Below are positions 57,831 through 64,000 of a stretch of DNA of 64,000 nucleotides, one piece after another. The notes beneath the pieces are model-generated. The model searched no databases, had not been told where the DNA came from, and worked only from the letters and a program-made list of their open reading frames with translations. Numbering within the stretch: position 1 is the stretch's first letter; every line of letters starts with the position of its first letter. The position numbers were made by a program, and so were the translations under genes. The DNA comes from a virus. The stretch is from positions 23,601 through 87,600 of IMG/VR virus record IMGVR_UViG_3300009168_000041; one strand, written 5' to 3'.

Positions 57831-59317
57831 TGGTTCACTGGCCCGCCCCCGCCACACTCACCGGCCTGTCCGACCACCAGCGTGCCGAGTACGCGAAGGC
57901 AACGCGAGGGATGCTCAGCTTGCTTTTAGGTCGCCCAGGTACGGGCAAGACGTTTACGCTTGCCGCCATCATCCTCGCCATTCGCAATACCGGCCGCTCT
58001 CTGGTTGTCGGCTGCCCCACCGGCAAGGCCGCCGTCCGCATCTCAGAAACGCTGGCCAGCCAAGGTATCACCGACATCAAGGCAACTACCATTCACCGGT
58101 TGCTGGGCGTCGAGGCGTGCGACGGCGGGGCGTGGCGGTTCAAGCACAATGAAGAGTGCAAGCTGGATGGCGTAGACTTCATATTGCTTGACGAGTGTTC
58201 GATGATCGACACACCGTTACTCACCAGCCTGCTCGCGGCCCGCCCCATCGGCTGCCGCGTCCTTCTGGTTGGCGACCCCGGGCAACTCAGCCCTGTCGGA
58301 TACGGGGCCCCGCTACGCGACTTAATCGCGGCCGGCTTGCCATGCGGAATGCTGACTGAGATTTTCCGCAACAGCGGGGCCATCGTCCGCTGCTGTAAAG
58401 AGATTGCGGAGACGCACACGTTCAACCCGCCGCGGGCTCTCAATTTGGACCCGGACGTTAATGACAATCTTGTTTGGATTGAGCGCAGCAAGCCGGAACA
58501 GCAAATTGAGGCACTAAAGGGGCTGCTGGAGAAGATACGAGCGAAGGGAATGTATAATGCGGTGCGGAACGTTCAGGTCGTGGTACCGGTGAACGAAAAA
58601 AGCCCACTTGCACGCAAGACACTGAACAAGCTCATGCAGGAGTGGTTGAATAGGGACGGGGTAGGGTGCGAGGGCTCGCCGTTTCGGGTGGACGATAAAA
58701 TCGTATGTCTTTCCAATGGGCTCGTGCCGCGCGAGATGGGATATGTGGATACGGAAACGGAAGAGGATGAAAGCGACGACGGCATTGCTGACCCCGCCGC
58801 CCTCGACGAATTGGAAGGGGATATTGAGGGGGGCACCAGAGACAAGTCGCGTCTACCAGCTCACTACTGTGCGAATGGCGAGCAGGGAATCGTGCGGGCC
58901 GTCGAGCCAGGGTATACAGTAGCGAAGTTGCACGCCCCCGCTCGGATGGTGCGAGTGCCGCGAGGGCAGGGCAAGAATGGTGGGAATGGAAATGGTGGTG
59001 GCAGTGTAGGCAGCGGTGGCGGCGACAACCAAGAGAAAACGGACACGGGATGCAACTGGGACTTGTCTTACGCGATTTCTGTTCACAAGGCCCAAGGCTC
59101 ACAATGGCCGGTCGTTGTCGTCATGGTTGACGACTACTATGGAGCCAGGCGGCTAATGGACCGCCATTGGATATATACAGCGATTAGTCGGCCCAGTGCC
59201 GTGTGTGTCTGCATTGGCCGGCTCGCGACCGCTCGGGCCGCCGTGAAGGTGAGTCACTTGTGGCGACGGAAGACATTTCTGAGGGAATTGGTGGAAGGGT
59301 TGAGGGAGCCAAAATGA
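57827..59317 (+). CDS. recD2: RecD2-like SF1B helicase, C-terminal motor half
   Basis: GRPGTGKT, TGKAA, TIHRLL, LDECSMID, VGDPGQLSPVG, YAISVHKAQGSQW, YTAISR. Confidence 0.92.
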   Translation: MMVHWPAPATLTGLSDHQRAEYAKATRGMLSLLLGRPGTGKTFTLAAIILAIRNTGRSLVVGCPTGKAAVRISETLASQGITDIKATTIHRLLGVEACDGGAWRFKHNEECKLDGVDFILLDECSMIDTPLLTSLLAARPIGCRVLLVGDPGQLSPVGYGAPLRDLIAAGLPCGMLTEIFRNSGAIVRCCKEIAETHTFNPPRALNLDPDVNDNLVWIERSKPEQQIEALKGLLEKIRAKGMYNAVRNVQVVVPVNEKSPLARKTLNKLMQEWLNRDGVGCEGSPFRVDDKIVCLSNGLVPREMGYVDTETEEDESDDGIADPAALDELEGDIEGGTRDKSRLPAHYCANGEQGIVRAVEPGYTVAKLHAPARMVRVPRGQGKNGGNGNGGGSVGSGGGDNQEKTDTGCNWDLSYAISVHKAQGSQWPVVVVMVDDYYGARRLMDRHWIYTAISRPSAVCVCIGRLATARAAVKVSHLWRRKTFLRELVEGLREPK

Positions 59318-59568
59318 TTGTAAACATAAATCGTATGTGTCTCATACGTGAGACTGTTGCGGGCTCGAAAGTGATGGATGAGCATTTCCGTAAGTCTGGA
59401 ATATGCGAAGAAAGTCATTTCGAGGTACATTTCCGTCAATTTGCTCGGCAACCAGATGGACGGCTAAAGATGCCATTGTGGCAAGTAATGATGATTTATG
59501 GTCCTGCCATCTACATGGCGATGAGCCCGTGCTTTGTAGATAATGAGATTGAGATTTTGAATGGGTGA
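59314..59568 (+). CDS. Hypothetical protein
   Basis: ATGA-coupled; MPLWQVMMIYG. Confidence 0.55.
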   Translation: MIVNINRMCLIRETVAGSKVMDEHFRKSGICEESHFEVHFRQFARQPDGRLKMPLWQVMMIYGPAIYMAMSPCFVDNEIEILNG

Positions 59569-60127
59569 AACCGCACCAAAAATTGCCGTCTGCCCGTTTA
59601 CTATTGCCGTGGACACGCGCGAGCAGGCCCCATACACATTCGAGCAAATGCGGAGCGGCGGCGGCAGCGTCCGGAACGCGGGTGGGCCGCTGGTGGTTCG
59701 GTGCGAGCGGCGGACGCTAGAGAGCGGCGACTACTCGATTGTCGGAATGGAAGGGCTGGTGGCGATTGAGAGAAAGAGTCTTGAGGATTTGTACGCCACC
59801 CTCGGCTCAGGCCGCGAGCGATTCGAGCGGGAATTCGAGCGGCTGAACGAATTGGCATTCGCGGCGGTGGTTGTGGAAGCCGATCTCAGAGAGTGTTGGC
59901 GGCCAAAGGAATTCCATCCCAATTGGCGAAGCCGGCTGAACCCGCGAAGCGTCGAGGGGACGATCGTCGCGTGGTCGATACGCTACTCGCGAGTGCATTG
60001 GTGGATGATGGGCAGCCGCCGGCCCGCGGAAGTGCGAACGTTCAAGGTGTTGGAAGCGTTTTGGAGAGAGCAAGAGGCGAAGGCGAAAACGAAAGCGAAG
60101 GAGAACGAAGAGAAGGCGAAGGGATAG
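59561..60127 (+). CDS. ERCC4-domain (XPF-like) nuclease
   Basis: VDTREQAP, GDYS, IERKSLED, VVVE. Confidence 0.9.
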   Translation: MGETAPKIAVCPFTIAVDTREQAPYTFEQMRSGGGSVRNAGGPLVVRCERRTLESGDYSIVGMEGLVAIERKSLEDLYATLGSGRERFEREFERLNELAFAAVVVEADLRECWRPKEFHPNWRSRLNPRSVEGTIVAWSIRYSRVHWWMMGSRRPAEVRTFKVLEAFWREQEAKAKTKAKENEEKAKG

Positions 60128-60362
60128 AAGACGCGAGAGAAAGGCCGGTTTTCGTGAGACCATTTGAACGACGCCAAGCAAATGCCTATCCATATTTCAG
60201 CATTGCCAAATGGGATGCTAAGTTTTGTACGTGGCGTGAACTTGGAAAGGTATATGCTCTCGCCAGTCAGGCCAAAGCATCTGCCTTAGTGAAGGGGCGA
60301 TACCGGCTTAGTCGGATTGACGAAACAGGCATGAGAACTGACCTGGAATTGTGGGAAGTGAC

Positions 60363-61412
60363 GTGAGCAGCGAACCAGAACTTTACGGCCGCGATTTGTT
60401 CGGCGAACCGATTGAGCCGCCCAAGCGGGGTGCAATGGCGGATACGTTCGTATTTCCGCCGTTTTCCGTCTTGAATGCCCGCGAAGGGTTCTGGCAAGAC
60501 AGGAAGCGGGCATGGTTGGCATTGGGGATACAGAGCGAAATCGGACGCGGTACAAGCAGACCGCACAACCAAGGAAAAGACCATCGCCTTGGTACCACAG
60601 AGGCAGAGTATAATGGAGGAGATTGCTGGCGAGGTACACGGCAGCTACTCGGAGGTTCGGCGTGGAATAACGACTGGCAATCCAGGCATTCTGAATGTAC
60701 AGCCGGCCAAAATGTACCAACCTCCGGGGCTTCGGTTTTCGACCCCGTTCTCTGTGAGCTTTGTTATCGTTGGTTTTGTCCCGCGGATGGTATTGTTCTC
60801 GACCCGTTTGCTGGCGGCAGTGTAAGGGGGATTGTCGCAGCTTTGCTCGGCCGCCGGTATGTCGGTATCGAACTGCGCCCCGAACAAATTCAGAGTAACC
60901 AAGAACAAGCGGCGGCAATCTGCGATGGCAAGCGTCCGGAATGGATTGAAGGGGATGCGATTGATGTGTCAGCGCTGACCCCGCGATACCTGTTTGACTT
61001 TCTCTTCAGTTGCCCGCCATACGGCAACCTGGAGCGGTATTCAGACGACCCCCGAGACTTGTCCACACTGGACTACAAATCATTCGTTGCCAAGTATCGC
61101 CAATGCGTTGCGGCAGCCTGTGCTCGGTTGAAGGAAAATCGCTTCGCCTGTTTTGTCGTGGGGGACTTTCGCGATGTACGCGGCAACTACGTCAACTTCG
61201 TCAGTGATACTATTGCGGCGTTTTTAGCAGCTGGGTTAAAGTTATACAACGAAGCGATTCTGGTGACATGCGTAGGCTCGCTGCCGATACGGGCGGGAAA
61301 ACAGTTTACAGCAAGCCGCAAGCTTGGCAAAACACATCAAAACGTCTTGGTGTTTGTGAAGGGTGACGGACAGCGAGCGGCCAAGAGTTGTGAGGAATAC
61401 AGAGATGCTTGA
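60363..61412 (+). CDS. DNA amino-methyltransferase (N4C/N6A type)
   Basis: SVFDPVLCE, LDPFAGGSVRG, GIELR, SCPPY. Confidence 0.9.
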   Translation: MSSEPELYGRDLFGEPIEPPKRGAMADTFVFPPFSVLNAREGFWQDRKRAWLALGIQSEIGRGTSRPHNQGKDHRLGTTEAEYNGGDCWRGTRQLLGGSAWNNDWQSRHSECTAGQNVPTSGASVFDPVLCELCYRWFCPADGIVLDPFAGGSVRGIVAALLGRRYVGIELRPEQIQSNQEQAAAICDGKRPEWIEGDAIDVSALTPRYLFDFLFSCPPYGNLERYSDDPRDLSTLDYKSFVAKYRQCVAAACARLKENRFACFVVGDFRDVRGNYVNFVSDTIAAFLAAGLKLYNEAILVTCVGSLPIRAGKQFTASRKLGKTHQNVLVFVKGDGQRAAKSCEEYRDA

Positions 61413-61717
61413 TCCTAGAATACAGGATAACCCATTTTCGTTTCATAACCCACATTCACACAACGCCAGCCGCGTCTGACAAAAAACATTCTCAATGAAA
61501 TATTTCTGCTAACCACGGCAAACCCTTGACAGCCGCCGCACGAATCTGATAATGGGCGGCACGTAGGAACCGTTTGGTGGCGCGACACGCGACCGGCCAA
61601 ATGGATGCGAGGCGGAAAATGGACCGCTACCAAAAAATACGAACTCAGCAAGCACGCTGCCAGCAAACGCTCTTCCATCAAGAACGCTGCCAGCGAACGC
61701 AGCAAGCACGCGACACG

Positions 61718-61812
61718 AAAACCTCTCGCCGCGGTAATTGCGGTGGTTCCGTGAGGACCACCAGGTGCCTCGCAGCACCTCTACAGCAATTGCCGCGGTG
61801 GGAGGTTTTTTT
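61718..61812 (+). ncRNA. Three-way-junction RNA or complex terminator
   Basis: 24-bp stem whose 3 mismatches are all G-U; two inner hairpins; T7 tail. Confidence 0.55.
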
Positions 61813-61864
61813 GTTGGGTGAAGGTGAGGAAAAGAAGGTGGCCAAGGAATGAGGATCCCAAGAC

Positions 61865-62812
61865 GTGAATGATAATAATTCGCTGGTCATCTTTACCCGT
61901 GCCTCCACGATGCTGGCTGAAGCAACGACAATTGCGAAGGCCAAGGAACTGAAGGACTTGGCATTGACGGCCGGTGAATGGGCAAAACGAAAGGGGATGG
62001 GGGAAGAGGCCGTGCAGCACGCCCGGGCCTACGCCCTGCTGGCAGAGCGTCGCATGGGGGAACTGCTGAAGGAAACGGAAAGGGCGAGTGGAAAACGAAC
62101 CGACCTGGTACCCACTAGTCACCAGGTTGGCGACAAGCCAACCCTCGCTGACCTCGGCGTGAGCAAGAAAGAGTCTTCCGCGGCACAGCAGCTAGCGGCG
62201 TTGCCCGCCAAGGTCTTTCAAGAGGTTCTCGACGGAAAGAAGACGCGAACTGAAGCCCGCCGAGAAATGCGACAAGAACAGATATCAAAGAAACTCGCGA
62301 CCCCGCTTCCTGATGCGAAGTATCGCGTCATCTATGCCGATCCGCCGTGGAAGTATGGGGACCAATTGACCGAAAACTACGGGGCAACCCGGTTTCATTA
62401 TCCGGCAATGACAATTCAGGAATTGTGTGATCTCCCAATTGAGAAGAGAACAGAAAAGGACGCCGTTCTGTTTTTGTGGGTGACATCCCCTATCTTGCCG
62501 GAGTCGTTTGCCGTCATCAAGGCGTGGGGCTTCACTTACAAAGCATCGTTTATCTGGGACAAAGTGAAGCACAACATGGGGCACTACAACAGCGTGCGGC
62601 ACGAATTCCTTTTGATCTGCACCCGAGGGAGCTGCACGCCCGACACAAAAAAGCTTCACGACTCAGTGGTCACGATCGAGCGGTCAGGGAAACACAGCGA
62701 AAAGCCGGAGGAATTTCGGGCCATCATCGACGGTCTCTATCCGCACGGAAAGCGCATTGAACTATTTTCTCGGACAGAAGTAGAAGGGTGGGATCGTTAT
62801 GGCAACGAATGA
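61865..62812 (+). CDS. MT-A70-family adenine methyltransferase
   Basis: YADPPW, HYPAM, LFLWVT, WGF.YK..FIWDK, HSEKP, IELFSR. Confidence 0.93.
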   Translation: MNDNNSLVIFTRASTMLAEATTIAKAKELKDLALTAGEWAKRKGMGEEAVQHARAYALLAERRMGELLKETERASGKRTDLVPTSHQVGDKPTLADLGVSKKESSAAQQLAALPAKVFQEVLDGKKTRTEARREMRQEQISKKLATPLPDAKYRVIYADPPWKYGDQLTENYGATRFHYPAMTIQELCDLPIEKRTEKDAVLFLWVTSPILPESFAVIKAWGFTYKASFIWDKVKHNMGHYNSVRHEFLLICTRGSCTPDTKKLHDSVVTIERSGKHSEKPEEFRAIIDGLYPHGKRIELFSRTEVEGWDRYGNE

Positions 62813-63287
62813 TGGGTTTGCCGAATATCGCAAACAGAAAATGAAAGAGGGGCTCGAATTTCAGGACTTTGCTATCAAGTTATGCTTTAACACCATTGGG
62901 CTCGTAATCGTTCAGTATGTCAGCCCAAAGTGCCAAATGGAGCATGGCGAGAGTCGGAATGGAGTAGAAATCAAATACGACTCAAGAATCCAAGAGACAG
63001 GTAATGTCTTCATAGAAATCGGCGAGAAAGCGGGGCCGCGAGGTGGAAGCCATGCCCCAAGCGGAATCTATCGTAACGACAACACTTGGCTCTATCTTGT
63101 CGGTAATTACGATATTGTCTTCATCTTTGCCCTGACGACTCTGAAGTTACTACATAAGCGAAGCATTAACGGAAACACATGCTATCGCGAGGTTCCGAGT
63201 GGCACGGAAACAAGTTGGGGATTTTTGCTGCCAGTAGATGAAGCTAAAAAATTTGCTGCCTACGTGTTTGATCCACCGCCAAAGTGA
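62799..63287 (+). CDS. PD-(D/E)XK-like protein paired with MT-A70
   Basis: EFQDF...VEIKYD...TGNVFIE...SGI. Confidence 0.55.
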   Translation: MATNDGFAEYRKQKMKEGLEFQDFAIKLCFNTIGLVIVQYVSPKCQMEHGESRNGVEIKYDSRIQETGNVFIEIGEKAGPRGGSHAPSGIYRNDNTWLYLVGNYDIVFIFALTTLKLLHKRSINGNTCYREVPSGTETSWGFLLPVDEAKKFAAYVFDPPPK

Positions 63288-63296
63288 CGGATCCAA

Positions 63297-64000
63297 ATGG
63301 CAATCGACAACAACAACCCTAGGCAGCGACGCTACGACGTGCCCGCCATGAAAGCTGCGGCCCGCGGCCAGTGGCCCGACATCCTCTCGCGGCTCGGGGG
63401 AATCAGCCAGGACATACTCGACGGCCGCCACCACCCGTGCCCGAAGTGCGGCGGCACCGATCGCTTCCGGTTCACCAATCTCAACGACGACGGCTCTTGC
63501 CTCTGCAACCAGTGCGGCCGGAACATCGGTGATGGCTTCGCGGCCCTTGGCTGGCTCTGCGGATGGTCGTTCGGCCAGACGGCCCAGTTTCTCGCGGAAC
63601 ACCTCGGCGTCGAGCCGCTGGATAATAATGGCAAAGGTGGCGGCGGCAAAGGAAAGAAGAGCGGCGGCAAGAGCGGCAGCAAGTCGGACAAACACCATGA
63701 CCGAACCAACGCCGTCTACGTCAGCGAAGAGGCGGCTATCAAGGTTGCGGTTGGTGAGCTATCGGCCGCGTCCCACGCCCCCGCGACGCTCGCCGGGCTT
63801 TGGCGATACGACGGGTTCGCCGTCGTCCGGTTTGACCTGCCGACGCCGGCCGGCGAGAAGCAGAAGAAGACATTCAAGCCCATCCACCAGACGAAACTAT
63901 CTGACGGCCGGCCCGCGTGGCGGTGGGGTTATCCGCCGGGCCCGCGGCCCCTCTACCACAAGACCGAATTACTGAACGCGGTGGCAGAGAATGGCAGCAC
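63297..64000 (+). CDS. Primase/helicase with P4-alpha-type zinc-binding domain (3'-truncated)
   Basis: ARGQWPDIL..LG...HHPCPKCGGTDRFRF...CNQCG..GDGF. Confidence 0.85.
   Translation, partial: MAIDNNNPRQRRYDVPAMKAAARGQWPDILSRLGGISQDILDGRHHPCPKCGGTDRFRFTNLNDDGSCLCNQCGRNIGDGFAALGWLCGWSFGQTAQFLAEHLGVEPLDNNGKGGGGKGKKSGGKSGSKSDKHHDRTNAVYVSEEAAIKVAVGELSAASHAPATLAGLWRYDGFAVVRFDLPTPAGEKQKKTFKPIHQTKLSDGRPAWRWGYPPGPRPLYHKTELLNAVAENGS

Overview
The whole window is a GC-rich tailed-phage or prophage genome, almost all on the + strand and cut at both ends. No integrase, terminase, portal or recognisable endolysin lies inside it. A Planctomycetota-like host is a tentative inference. Order of contents: (1) head-associated enzymes (type IB topoisomerase C-terminus, ART-PolyVal protein); (2) glycan-modification cluster I (six paralogous DxD glycosyltransferase-like genes, NDP-sugar epimerase, methyl- and acetyltransferases, radical SAM), interrupted by a 3.78-kb IS1-family element with passenger genes; (3) HK97-type head and siphophage-like tail genes, three of which encode long Ser/Thr tails with shared motifs; (4) glycan cluster II (KdsB-like cytidylyltransferase, Maf/DUF115-like transferase, more GTs, a second methyltransferase and radical SAM); (5) Ro60/TROVE preceded by two Y-RNA-like stems; (6) XRE regulator and small early genes, with a 1.5-kb ncRNA region holding one tRNA-Met and three tRNA-like RNAs with no normal anticodon arm, then CsrA; (7) replication and recombination genes (exonuclease, AAA ATPase, SSB-like, RecD2 split by a methyltransferase, ERCC4 nuclease, two more MTases, primase). 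The best candidates for new systems are a mucin-like virion O-glycosylation system and a Ro60/Y RNA/tRNA-mimic RNA module. All family calls come from motif recognition by eye, with no database searches.
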